NCBI GenBank assembly: GCA_964188305.1
Contig: OZ076887.1
Length of the DNA: 64,000 bases
Source: Podarcis bocagei
Lineage: Eukaryota
Strand: one strand, 5' to 3'
Shown: positions 52,384 to 64,000 of the stretch, in pieces
Position numbering within the stretch: position 1 is the first letter of the stretch
Layout of the letters: every line of letters begins with the position of its first letter
Notes under the pieces: generated by a model
Told to the model about the DNA's origin: nothing
The model's input: the letters and a program-made list of their open reading frames with translations, nothing else
Databases searched by the model: none
Translations under genes and position numbers: made by a program

Positions 52384-52519
52384 CAGGCATCCCCAACCTT
52401 TGGCCTTCCAGATGTTTTGGACTACAATTCCCATCATCCCTGACCACTGGTCCTGTTAGCTAGGGATCATGGGAGTTGTAGGCCAAAACATCTGGAAGGC
52501 CGCAGGTTGGGGATGCCTC
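52384..52519. mobile_element. Palindromic hAT-type MITE (~136 bp)
   Basis: caggcatccccaacct...aggttggggatgcct; near-complete fold-back symmetry. Confidence 0.85.
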
Positions 52520-54942
52520 AGCAATTCAGACACCAAAAGCAAAACAGAATACTACAGGCTAGTGTCTGCCAAAATTCAAACTTTCCATATGAAGAAAATC
52601 ACCTGGGGAAAGAGGTCTCTATCATGACTGAACAATGAAGCTTATTACACAAAGGAATAATTTTATGCAGACACCCCAGTGCAGTGTCTTGGAAGATGAA
52701 AGTGAATTCATTTCCATTCTTTGCCCCACCCACCCAATCAAGGGGCCTAACACAAAAGCCACAGGACTGATTTGCCTGTAATTTGGCATGCTTTTGACGT
52801 AGGGACATCTCTCTCCCTCTTATGTTTTCATGGTTAGAGATAGCGAGAGTTGTAGGGCACTAGGTTGTAGAGAGCTGTTGTTGCTCATATCAAGAACTTG
52901 ATTATATCAAGGAATAACAGGTTTTATATAGCTCCACCCTGACCCTCTTTCACTTTTACAATCTTCTCTGTGAGGCAAAAGCAGTTAGAGTGGATAAGGA
53001 TTTGCAACGGGCTGATCATAACCCAATTTATTATGATATAATATCTAAAAATCAGGTTTACAGGAAAATTGTGATACAGAAAGGGAGAATGAAGATAGGA
53101 AGGAGGAAATACTTTTCTCAAATAGTAAGCTTTTTACATGCTAACACTATTGATTTTTGTGCAGCAGTAATGGCATTAAAACATCCTTGAGTTTGACATT
53201 TGGCTACATTGTTTTTTTACAGAAGTGCATCAGTGGAATTCAGATAGATAATCTGAAATGGAAGATGATTCTTCCATTGCAGTTTACCCTTCTGAGGAAA
53301 CGTGCTGTGGGCTGTATTCTTCTAGTGGAAAATACAAATCATTTTCAATCACCATCAGTCTTCTGTGCACACAGACAAATATAATATAATTGTTCTGACT
53401 GACACAGAAAAACAGCCTTTTTAAAAGAGTGAGTGAGGCCCTTGAAAAAGAAATTGCTCCATGAAACATGTATTGATAATGTAGCCTGACAGGAAATTCC
53501 ACGAAAAGCAACAGACCAAATTAAGTAGTTGGATAACTATCTGAGAGGCTCTCCCATTTCTTTTGACGCTTATATTACAAAGATGGTGCCTCATGATTCC
53601 CACTTCACATCATTTATTTTAATCGTTTCTTAGGCCAATTACAATTGGCCATTTTAATCAACTGGATGTAGTAACGTTAACATAATTGTGGTTTCTAATG
53701 ATATAAAACACACAGAATTGCATCAGAGCCCCTGCTGCCCCATAGATAGTTAGACTTGGTTTTGGCAAAGCAGAGCTCAGTTGTGCCATGCCATCCAAGT
53801 CACACATGTGTGTGTGGCCTTGGGCAAGTTATCACATACCTATAAAATGGGATGCTGTGAGAGCAAGCAGCAGCAGCAGCAAGAAGAAGCGTGCCTCATA
53901 TAGAAGAAAAGAACTGCCCCTCCCCTTCTATTACCCACTGCCTCCTGCTCCCACATCTGTTGTCATTCACTTCTCCCTTTGCTCTATGATTCATCTTCCC
54001 TCCCTCACCTATGGATATCTAATGTGACACATCAAGCAGTTCTATTAGGGGTGTTCAACAACCACCAGATTCAGTTCAGACCCCAATTCAGTGATTTGGA
54101 TTTGAACGCCTGGGCTTGGGATTCAGACTTCAGAGCCTGCATGGTTTGGCTTGTGATTTGAGATAAACTTCAATTTGGGGGGAAACAAAGCTTCCTCTCC
54201 CACCATTCACTGTGGATATTATTATTTTTTAAGGCTATAAAAATTTTCTTTCTGACAGGTGCATAAAACTTGTAGGCATTGTAGCCCTTGAGAGTGGAGT
54301 AAGCCTGCCACATTACAGGCATTTATGTACAAGGTAACTTTCTTTTTTAATATATTTTTCAAAGGGAACAGGCTATAGGGTGTTTTTTTGGCAGAGTGAT
54401 ATAAAGTGTGCAGGCACCCTTGCGCCATCAGAGGGGGTGAGTTCTGCCAAATTTCATAAGGATAACTCCAGTGGTTTTCACCCAAGAGCAGTCTTTACAG
54501 TTTTGAAGTAAACAAAAAAAGAATATTCCCTCGTTATTTATAGGAAATTTGTCTGAAAGTAGCAAACCCAAACCTCTACCTGATTGGGGGCCTGAGCAGC
54601 TAACAGCAGCAGCCCTTTGCCCTGAGAGTTGATGACGGTGAAAGATGCCAAATGCCCTTCAGCCTGGGAGATGCTTCTGACGGGTTGCCCATCTGGCTGC
54701 TCACCAGCCAGGGGCAATCAGGCTTCTCTGGCAAGGACATTCCACCCAGGAGGACAGTGGCCAAAACCATTTTCCAGCCGCTGCACCCTACTCCTTTCCA
54801 CACGTCACCTTCTTCAAGCCTTATTTTCTACCAGCAACATTACTGGTCTTCATTTCATTGGGGATCTGGATGAATAAATGGTGCCACCATCACCCTCACA
54901 CTTGATGTTATTCACTGTGCCTGTACTATAGGTGAATTTTTT

Positions 54943-55067
54943 CTAGCTCAGTTGGTAGAGCACGATGAGGCTCTTAATTTCAGGGTTGTGGGTTTTAGTT
55001 CCACATTGGGCAAAAGATTCCTACAGATTACCCATGTGGTCCCTTCCAAATCTACAACTTTGTGATT
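54943..55067 (+). mobile_element. tRNA-Lys-derived SINE with a CR1-like tail
   Basis: tagctcagttggtagagca...ctcttaat..cagggttgtgggtt head fused to a gtcccttccaaatctacaactttgtgatt tail. Confidence 0.75.
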
Positions 55068-55500
55068 TTTAGCTTATTCTCAGCTCTTGTTGACCCCAGG
55101 TACTCAACACTACATTATAGAGTTCCAAGTGTCATAGAAACATTCAGACACTTCCATTTTGAAACATTTGGGAAAGCAATCATTCATTGTGTAGTATACT
55201 GCAACAGTAAGGATTGGATGCCTAAAGTCATACAGCTGCATGTTCAAAATGTAGGTGAAAGGAATTAATTCAGTGGTCTGTGGCTCTATCCATGTACCTT
55301 AAACATTTTTTTTATTTAGATTTTGCATGCTGCTCTCATAAGCATGAATATTTGTTGTATTAATTTTGCTGAAATACAGTTTTGCTCAAGGAGTCAAGTA
55401 CACTCATATTAGTGAGGATGATATATTTTTGTAGCAGTCTTTAAAATATTATGTGGAGTTCTAACTAGGTGCATGTGCACAGATGCATACACACATACAA

Positions 55501-55550
<50 letters not shown>
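55501..55550. repeat. (AG)n microsatellite
   Basis: Read directly; one interruption. Confidence 0.95.
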
Positions 55551-55553
<3 letters not shown>

Positions 55554-55868
55554 AAGTTTCAGAAGGCATTCATCATAAACCCTCACCAAGCCATGAGGGT
55601 CCAAATCTATCAACTAAATGAAATTATATTGTAAACCGCCCTGTGATCTTCGGAATAAGGGTGTTATAAAAATGTAATAAACAAAACAAAACAAAAAATA
55701 AATAAATAAAATATTGACTGTGACTGAAGAAAACTCATTGGACACAACCAAGATACTGTTGAAAACACCTGTTGAAGTTAATGGGATAAATGTCTTAGTT
55801 GAGGTTGTTTTTTTTTAGTGTATGTCATTCCACTAATTTTTGAGAGAGATGTGTGCATTACTGTTGAA

Positions 55869-56097
55869 AATCATAGAATCATAGAATTGAAGGGACCCCC
55901 AAGGGCCATCTAATCTAGCCCCTGCAATGCAGGAATCTCAACTAAATCATACATGACTGATGGCCATCTAACCTGTGCTTAAAAGCCTCCAAGGAAGGAG
56001 AGTCTCTCACCTCTTATGGAAGTTTGTTTCACTGTCAAACAGCTCTTACTGCCAGAAAGTTATTCCTAATGTTTAGTCAGAATCTTCTTTCTTGGAA
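55869..56097 (-). mobile_element. CR1 LINE 3' fragment
   Basis: aatcatagaatcatagaattgaagggacc...gcctccaaggaaggagagtc...acagctcttactgccagaaagttattcctaatgttta. Confidence 0.85.
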
Positions 56098-58269
56098 TTC
56101 CATCCACACAGTAATGGACAAGGAAAGTTAATAAGCAAGCTGTTAATGTGCCAGCACAAAACAAGAGTTATGCTCACACCAATAACTCCATCTTATTTTT
56201 TAAGAGAAATTTCTCTTACATTGTTAATACGTTTCTATAGATCTGTTTCTGTGGAACTGACCTGTGGTCTAACTCTTCATATGGTTTGCTTCATCAACTA
56301 ATAATTCTATAAAAATCTTCCCGGCATGACAAACAGCACTGCCTCAAAATTACAGGACTCAGATACTACAGATATGCATTCATCTATATTATATTTGACC
56401 ATTAATAGTAGTAATGAATAATAGAATGATGGAGAATCATTAACTGCAACACTTTACTATTTGTTCTCTGGACCTATTCTGCAGTTCCAAATTTCATGAG
56501 AGTAACTTCACATCTTACAGTGTTCATGTGATGGTTATAATTATTACTTGATAACTGGAACATCTGAAACTTCTGTCATTTATTTAGCTTTCTTACTCAT
56601 ACGTTGCTTTTTGACTGAATGGTCTTCAGAGCATCTAATGACAGGTGGAATAAAGCACTTGCAATAATTAAAAATCATTACAATCAACAGTGATAAGCAT
56701 CAAGCAAGCACCATAACAAAAAATAGGTGGGCCGTGTAATGAGTCTGCATGGTTCATTGATGCTTAGCATGTAAGGCAGTTAGCCTTTTATGCCGAATGC
56801 TGATAAACTATGAACGGGGATTTTATCCATCATATGACAGCTGCCACTTTTAGTGAAGTCATTTTTATGGTAAAACACACACACAAAAGCCATCAGTTGG
56901 TGCTGTGCATTCAATCCCCACCCCCACCCCAGGCAATCACTATGACATGGCAGAGGAATATAACTGTGGATGAAATGTGGTGGGGTTAAATGTCCAAAGT
57001 ACTTCTAGTTTGTGTAGAATAACAAGTGAATACCACCCACTGTTCCTGTTTTGTTTGAAACAAAGAAAACAATCTGTTTTTGTGTCTCTCTATTAACAGA
57101 TGTAGGAAGGGCTGGATTTGCAAATACAACAGTTATGACAGATCAGTTTATTGCCAATGGCATGGGAGAGTGGGGCTGTATGTGATGAAGCCACCAACAT
57201 TTTGTTTTTGTTTTTCTCTTTTAACAGTCATTAAATACACACAAGCCCGTCTGATTTTGCCCTCCCAGAACACACCATTGCTAGAGGCATCAAAGCTGAC
57301 ATTAGTATTCTCTGTGAGACGGATTATTCTGTGTAGCTTTTATACTTACTGGAAGGCCATTACGTAGATGTCTGGGCTGTCATATTCAATTTTGCACAGA
57401 ACCTTTATGTAAATGGGGGAGGGAATCAATATTTTTTACTATGACCATGAATAGAATGCATAAGCTGAAGTAGGCAATAAACGTAGTCTTTGAGAAAGAC
57501 ATATTGCAAGGGGAATGGGTCTTTCTTTTATTTTAGCATCAGCCTGCCATGCATGCTTCCAGTGTAATTACTATTTGTCATCCTCATCCTCATTAGTTTG
57601 CCAGACTTGAAGGAAGCTGTCATGCCTCTTTGAATAGTGGACAGTAATAGAAGGACATTGCTTCCCATACCAGTATCCAGAATTGGTTGGCACTCTTGTT
57701 TTAAGCTAAATGGCTGGAAAATAAGGACTTTGTGAAGTGTTATTGATGTGAATAGAAACAATGGAGATGTGCTAGTTATATTTAACACTTGATCTTAAAC
57801 CAACTTACATACACTTCATTTATTAGCTAACTATAATGTAAAACAGCCTTTTTAAACCTTCAGCCCCAAAGTGGAGAGAATAAATAAACTGCTCTAAAAG
57901 CGAACAACAGAGCAATGGCAAATGCCACTCCCTCAGCATATAGGGTAACATTATGGCCCATGGCAGCAGTGGCACCTCCAAGTCATGTAGACATGGAGGT
58001 AGCAGATGTAGTGACATAGAGGATATATCTCCAGGACAACCGCCTGCCCTATGTACAGTGCAACACATACACAATGATACTGCTTCATGAGCTCCTGTGA
58101 CACAGTCAGCAGTGACACAGCTGGCGCACTTCCTCAAGCATCCCTACAAGCAGGGGGTTCAAATCCCTTTATAAGCTCATTGCCCTATACTTAATCACAA
58201 CACCCAACAGGGAAGAAGGAAAGGTAACTGAACATAGCACCCAAATACCTCCCTTGGCCAGAGGCCTAC

Positions 58270-58760
58270 AGAGAGGATGCACAGGACTCCTTGGGACAAG
58301 TGTTGAAGATGTACTGTGTCAAAGAAAGAGTCTTTTGCCGGTCAGGAGCAAGGAGGAACCTGTGTAGAGCAAATAGGTTGGCAAACCTCCAGGGCTCATG
58401 GTTGTGGGCCTTCCTCGTGATCTGCAAGGAACTGGGCATGGGGTAGGTCTCATAGCTGTTGGATAGTTGGCTGTGAAGAGCAAAGGGTGGAGACAGAGTG
58501 TAATAAGCCATGATCAGCAGCTGGGACACATAGTCCCTAGACCTGGATACACCATGGGTGTTTGTGAGGAAATCCACCGACCTTCATGCATGGAGAGCCT
58601 GGAACAAACTGCCACCTGACAATTTCCCCTGCCAGTTTGTTCCAGGCTCTCCATGCGTGAAGGTAGGTGGAGGACTGTAGTGTCTGAGGCCATACTCACC
58701 TCTTGCCCTGTAAGGGCTGTAGTGGAACTCTGGGTGCACAGTGGCTGTTTGTTCTCCATG
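58270..58760 (-). mobile_element. Decayed DIRS tyrosine-recombinase C-terminal fragment containing a fold-back duplication
   Basis: EGRWISSQT, YVSQLLIMAYYTLSPPFALHS and WRFANLFALH resemble the DIRS recombinase motifs KG..SSQT, WI...I..AY...PP..AHS and W....F..HY. Confidence 0.4.
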
Positions 58761-59060
58761 CATGTGCTCTGTGATCCTGCAAGGAAAAAGTGTTCTTCAG
58801 TGCGTGGCCAGCAGTGGCAATGGCCTTCACCTAAAGAGAACTTGCATGCATGTGAGAGTGAGTGCTTACCCAGTGCGAGAGACACTACTCTCTTACACTG
58901 TGTTAATAGCAAGACAGGACTCTAATAAAATAATAATAATAATAGTAGAACAAACAGGGTGTGATGATAATATACATAATCCATATATAGGAATAAATCA
59001 CTCTTGAACAAATACAGACACAAAATAAAACAAAATAAATAAACTACAGGTATGTGAATG

Positions 59061-59267
59061 CAGGGGCGAAGGAAGGCTCTCTGGCACCCGGGGCGGGGTG
59101 TCGAGGGGCGGAGCAAACTTCCCGGGGGCGCATGCGCGGCATACGATCCTCTGCTCATGGCTGCAGTGGCGGCGGCATGGTCCTCCACTCGTGGCTGCTG
59201 CAGGGTGCCTTCTTGTCACCCCCCCCCCTCAGAGATGGCACCCAGGGTGGACCACCCTCCGCCACTG
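59061..59267. mobile_element. hAT-type MITE, 207 bp
   Basis: TIRs caggggcgaagg / cctccgccactg; perfect 8-bp TSD tgtgaatg at 59053-59060 and 59268-59275; CpG-rich. Confidence 0.85.
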
Positions 59268-60352
59268 TGTGAATGTGTGGGTGGTAAGAACTGGAACTAT
59301 TTATAACACAGACATAATGGCCAACAAGACAGGGTTACAAAACATAGCTGCTGTTATACCAAGGGAACGTAATTTAAGTATTCAAATTCCCTTACTCACT
59401 GTATCAGCAATACCTGTTCATATGCCAAGGTGGGTCCTTGGTCACGTTCCTTATTAACAAATGAAATAAAGTCAGAGCAAACAGGTGTGAAGTTGTCGTT
59501 TCTCCTTTGGCCCCTAAAGACTATCAGCTATTTAGTTACTTTTTCCAGCAAGACAATTAAAGCAAGTTACAGTATTTATTGCAATGTTTTGAGAGAGAGA
59601 GATGGGAGACATTTGTAGCATGCATCCCCTGCACCAGCACTTTCCCTTGGAGAGATCATTATTTGTGCTATTTGATAACGTGGGATAGAATGTAGAAAGG
59701 AAAACAAATGTGCATTATAGCCAATATTGGTTTTGCATTTGTGTTTCAGGCTGATTTAAGTCTAAGCAGCCTTCTAAGCCTCACATGTGAAAATGCTTTA
59801 CTCTTAAGTTACACAAGTGAAAGATGGCATGAAAGAAAACCACCTCCTCATTCATATTTGCCTTCAGGTACTAAAAATCTAATCATTTTAGCATTAGAGT
59901 ATGTTTGGCAAGCATTACAAATGGTGAGGGTTTTGGTGCCTTATGGGCAGAGCTCAGAATGAGCAGAGGCCACACTGTGGTTCAAATAATATAATTGCAG
60001 AACATTATAGTGCAGCTCTAACTCTGACATTTTATTTATTCTCCCCTGGTTCTTTCAGGCTTTAAAGGACAGATCAAAGAAACAGGAAAAAATAATTGAA
60101 AAGCATTGCATTTGCTGCAGTGGAATTAACTGCTGAGTTGAAGTATTTGTGACTAATCTTTGTGTGTACACTTAGTAAATTAGTTTAAGAATCCCAATTT
60201 TTCTAAATGAAGGAGGAAATAAAATATATAGTTCATAAGGTTTAAAAATAATAATGAGAGTAAATGTTTTGATTCTTTATAGAATCATGAGAAAATGTCG
60301 TAATTATTTTATAGGCTTTGAAAAACAGTCACAGCCAAAGAGTATGAAAAAC

Positions 60353-60482
60353 TCATAGAATTGTAGAGTTGTAAGGGACCACAAGGATCAACTAGTTGGC
60401 AATGCAGGAACTTTTGGCCAACATGGGGCTTGAACCCACAACCCTGAGATAAAGATTCTTATGTTCTATGACTAAGCTATCT
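60353..60482 (-). mobile_element. tRNA-Lys-derived SINE with a CR1-like tail
   Basis: Reverse homolog of 54943-55067. Confidence 0.7.
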
Positions 60483-60639
60483 AGTGCTGTGATTCAATAA
60501 ATATAACAGTCTTTTTCATCTGCTCATCTACCACTTGCTACTCCAATATGGGGAAAATCAGAATTCACTTTAATTGTTCCTAACTCCCCATGAGGTAAAA
60601 GGTGTCATTCTACCTTCTGCCCTAAGACAGACCTACAGC

Positions 60640-60718
60640 ACCACCCTATGCAGGTCTACACAGAAGTAAGTCTCACTCAGTTCACTTATTCCCAGGGAAG
60701 TGTGCGTATGATTGCTAG
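60640..60718. repeat. Short palindromic interspersed repeat (relatives near 29163, 32595, 38395, 41724, 42662)
   Basis: cctatgca...cagaagtaagt...ttcccagggaagtgtgcgtatgattgc pattern recurring in degraded form. Confidence 0.55.
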
Positions 60719-63196
60719 TTGACAAGATAAGCATAATAAATGACACCCAGAGTGGGGCCTTCTGAAATGGATAAAGGGTTCTGTGCAAGTCTGTGGTTTA
60801 AAAGTATTATTATATTGCTTTATTTTTAATATTTGTCCTTTGCTTATCTCAGTAGTAAATGGTCACAGTTTGTTGAAAACATTAAATATGGAGGTGGGCA
60901 ACCCCACTTCCATTTTATTTTATTGATGTTTGTTTCTCCTTTCAATTAAATAAAAAGTAAGAGCCCGTGCAGTGCAGATCAATTTTCACTGTATGCTGCA
61001 ATCATAATAATGGTGTGTGAAAACACAGCTTTTGATCAAACTTGGTTCAAGTATTTTTATGATGACTGAACAACGCCTTTCATGACAAAAGTAATTCCAG
61101 GCTTCTGAAAATAAATTGCATAAAGGTAAAAGTACAAAGGCAAATTCGCAGAGTTCAGACTCTCACAAAGCTTTACCGAAGGAAACCAGTCAATAAAAAT
61201 GCTGCCAATTTTTGTTAAGCCTTCACAAGCTATTTAGGGCCAAGGATGTTTCTTTTTCCTTGTGAATACTTGCAGGAAGTGCCACTTCACAGAAAAGAAA
61301 AGAAAAAAACCTTGGAGGAGCAACTGTCTTGATTTGTCTGTTTCCAGAATGCTAATTTCTCATACACTGAACACAATAGAGATCTTACCTTGAGAACAAT
61401 CATGCTTCCTTTCACCTCCTAATTTTAGTGGTGCATTTCAGAGGCTACAGAATTGCAGGCAACCAGGGGGTGGGGCCCTGCAAATGAGAAGTTAAAACAG
61501 AAGTCTCTTCTTTTGCAGGGAAAGAAAACTTTCGAGAAACCAGAGGACAGGTTTTGACAAAGTACTAATGGGAAGTAGGAGACTGGGGTTTGAACCCCAA
61601 GGGGAGGAGAAGTGATTGCACTAATAGTGCCCCACTGCAAGCTTCACAAAGCAGTGACAGTAGGCACACTGGATGCATTTGGAATTGGGTATCAGGAGAT
61701 GTGAGTTCAAGCCCCATCATGGGCAATGGAGCAAAATGGTACCACTCTTCCTTTGCATGCGGCCTATTGAGGAAACAGTTATGCCAGGGGCAAAAGAAAA
61801 TGAACTCAAACCCACACTGCAAGCACGACAGAGACACCACGAGGCATTTGCCTATCCTGCTTCTTCACTCTCAGTCTCAACACCTAACCATAGGAAAGTG
61901 CAGCCTGCAGAAAGAGGTCTGGTCTTGTAGAACATCTCATATTTTATACACAGAGAGGGTCCCAGGTTAAAACCCACAGTATACCTTTACACTAGGAAGG
62001 AGGGAAGGGATCCTCCGTACCCAGGCACTCCTGGGCCAATTACAAGGTGTTCTGCATGGGCCAGTAGCCTATTTCCACATTGGGCAAATAGGTCTTTTGG
62101 CCAACTTCTCCCTCTGTCAACCAGTGTGAAAAGTCCACCCTCCTACCTTTTTTGCCTGATAAGCCAGCCTTATCAGCTGGCATTCCAGCAGAATGTAGTT
62201 CCTCCTTTCTCCCCACCCTCAACAGCATACATGCTGGCAGAAGCAGTCATCCCACTTGTGGACCTCGAGAGGCCTGCTGCCTCTGGACACAGCATTTCTG
62301 CTTGAACAGAGAGAGGAGTAGGGACAGCTAGTTCTGGTAATCTGAGGTCTCTACAATACTGCACAGAAAGTTTCAGGCCCCACAGCAAAAAGATAACCAA
62401 CATTTGTGAGTGTGGGTTTCCTGGAGAACTCTGCCTTTGAGGAAGAAGTCAGGACTTGACAGAACATTCTCAATCCCCTTGATTTTTTACAGATTCTGTG
62501 CATGATTGAATCAAGGAAGCTCTTTCACTGATGTATCCTACAGATTTCAAGCTATAAATTAATTTTGCACAGTTTTGTTTCTTACCAGTCAGTATTTTCA
62601 ACCACCTTGTCTTCCATCTTATTAATATCTTCAAGAAACAGAGTTGTCTGAATCTGTGTTTGCACACATTCATAAAATTTTGTTCCCTTTCTCTACAGTA
62701 TGGATCAAAAACTGTAGCCCAGGAGTTTTGGATAAAAAGGGAAATTCGTATTATATTAATAGATTCCACCCCTGTTTTATTTTAATAACCCACTTTGTCT
62801 CTTCCCCTCTCTTTATTTAAATACCATAGCCCGAGTGTGAAGGACTTTGTGATTCATTTTATTAGAAAAGAAAATTTAATAACTATAAAATGAAGATGTT
62901 ATTTAACCTGTTCAGAGATCTTGCAAATAGTGGAAACATTTTCTGTTATGGCAGTGCCTTATGATCTTAATGTAAGAGTTTATTAAAATACAATAAGGAC
63001 TAGTCAGTTTTGTACAAAAGTATTATTTGAGGTTTTCCTTCTCCGATAATGCTTATTTCAAAATAAATACAATACTATTGTGTCTTAATGCCAGGGTTTG
63101 GTTTCAAGGATTCTGTGTAGATGCAAAAACATGCATACCCAGAAGCCCCAGGGTGCTCTCACAAGATCTCATGGGGCCACCTGAGTCCCCACATTA

Positions 63197-63522
63197 CAGG
63201 GGTCAGCAAACTTTTTCAGTCGGGGGCCGGTCCACTGTCCTCAGACCTTGTGGGGGGCCGGACTATATGGTTTTTTTGGGGGGGGGAATGAATGAATTCC
63301 TATGCCCCACAAATAACCCAGAGATGCATTTTAAATAAAACGGCACATTCTACTCATGTAAAAACACCAGGCAGGCCCCACAAATAACCCAGATATGCTT
63401 TTTAAATAAAAGGACACATTCTACTCATGTAAAAACACACTGATTCCTGGACCATCCGCGGGCCGGATTTAGAAGGTGATTGGGCCAGATCCAGCCCCCG
63501 GGCCTTAGTTTGCCTACCCATG
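63197..63522. mobile_element. hAT (Charlie-like) MITE with an internal ~60-70-bp duplication, nested in an older palindromic repeat
   Basis: TIRs caggggtcagcaaact / agtttgcctacccatg; ccccaca on both flanks; duplicated block ccccacaaataacccaga...ctactcatgtaaaaaca; flanks share acaagatctcatgg motifs. Confidence 0.8.
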
Positions 63523-64000
63523 CCCCACAAGATCTCATGGGAGCATCTCAGTCTGTGCATGATTAGAAAACCTTGCTTGCAAAACGAGGTAGTGAGCATA
63601 GAAGCTATTTTGTGCTGGAACAATCCAGCACAAAAGGAGTTTTAAAGCTTTCTGCTTTGCTTTCCAAGCAAGGCTTTCTAATTGCACTGGCTGCAGAAGC
63701 CCCACAATGCTCTCACTAGTGGGGACGTTCAAGTTCCTGTGAGATCTTGTGGGAGCATCCCAGACCTGGCGTGTAAAGAGTTTATTATTGGATGCTACTC
63801 AAGTTCAATTGCCACATCAATCTCAGGCACAGATTAGCCAGCCTTCCAGGCTTCCAGTACTTCAATTAAAGGCCAAGAAAAGACAACATCAAATGCAGAA
63901 GTGCAGGTGGCAGAGGAAGGTTCAGAAGAAAGGTAATATCTCAAGTCCCTATTGCTACTAGAAGTTTGGAGATTAAATTTATAGGGATATATATTCGGCC

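Noticed and set aside
54943-55010. tRNA-Lys gene
   Set aside because: Acceptor stem and T-arm are degenerate and fused to a CR1-like tail, with a second copy at 60.4 kb; this is a SINE.
61980-62460. Possible further DIRS terminal region
   Set aside because: Only a vague resemblance; no motif could be pinned down.
1-64000. CRISPR arrays, operons, rRNA, endogenous non-retroviral virus genes, or a gene symbol for the host gene
   Set aside because: None supported: vertebrate intronic-type DNA with no repeat-spacer array, no long non-transposon ORF, and no peptide I could recognise.

Overview
Vertebrate, repeat-rich and essentially non-coding DNA. The repeat content (BovB/RTE, CR1, L2, DIRS, Squam3-like and tRNA-Lys SINEs, many hAT and Tc1/mariner MITEs) points to a squamate, most likely a lacertid lizard (inference). 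No multi-exon protein-coding gene could be recognised. The window looks like the 5' intronic part of a large + strand gene, with several candidate alternative first or 5' exons (about 6.7, 12.2, 20.2 and 45.2 kb); the gene was not identified. The only convincing protein-like ORFs are transposon-derived: a young 5'-truncated BovB at 18.6-19.3 kb and a decayed DIRS at 39.7-41.6 kb. The most notable unexplained signal is a perfect 28-nt inverted repeat (32 nt with one bulge) in apparently unique sequence, at 6873-6904 and 12315-12347, 5.4 kb apart. Each arm lies about 100 nt downstream of the 5' splice site of a candidate ATG-bearing, phase-0 exon. This suggests a long-range pre-mRNA duplex that loops out the second exon. 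All family names come from motif recognition by eye, not database searches.
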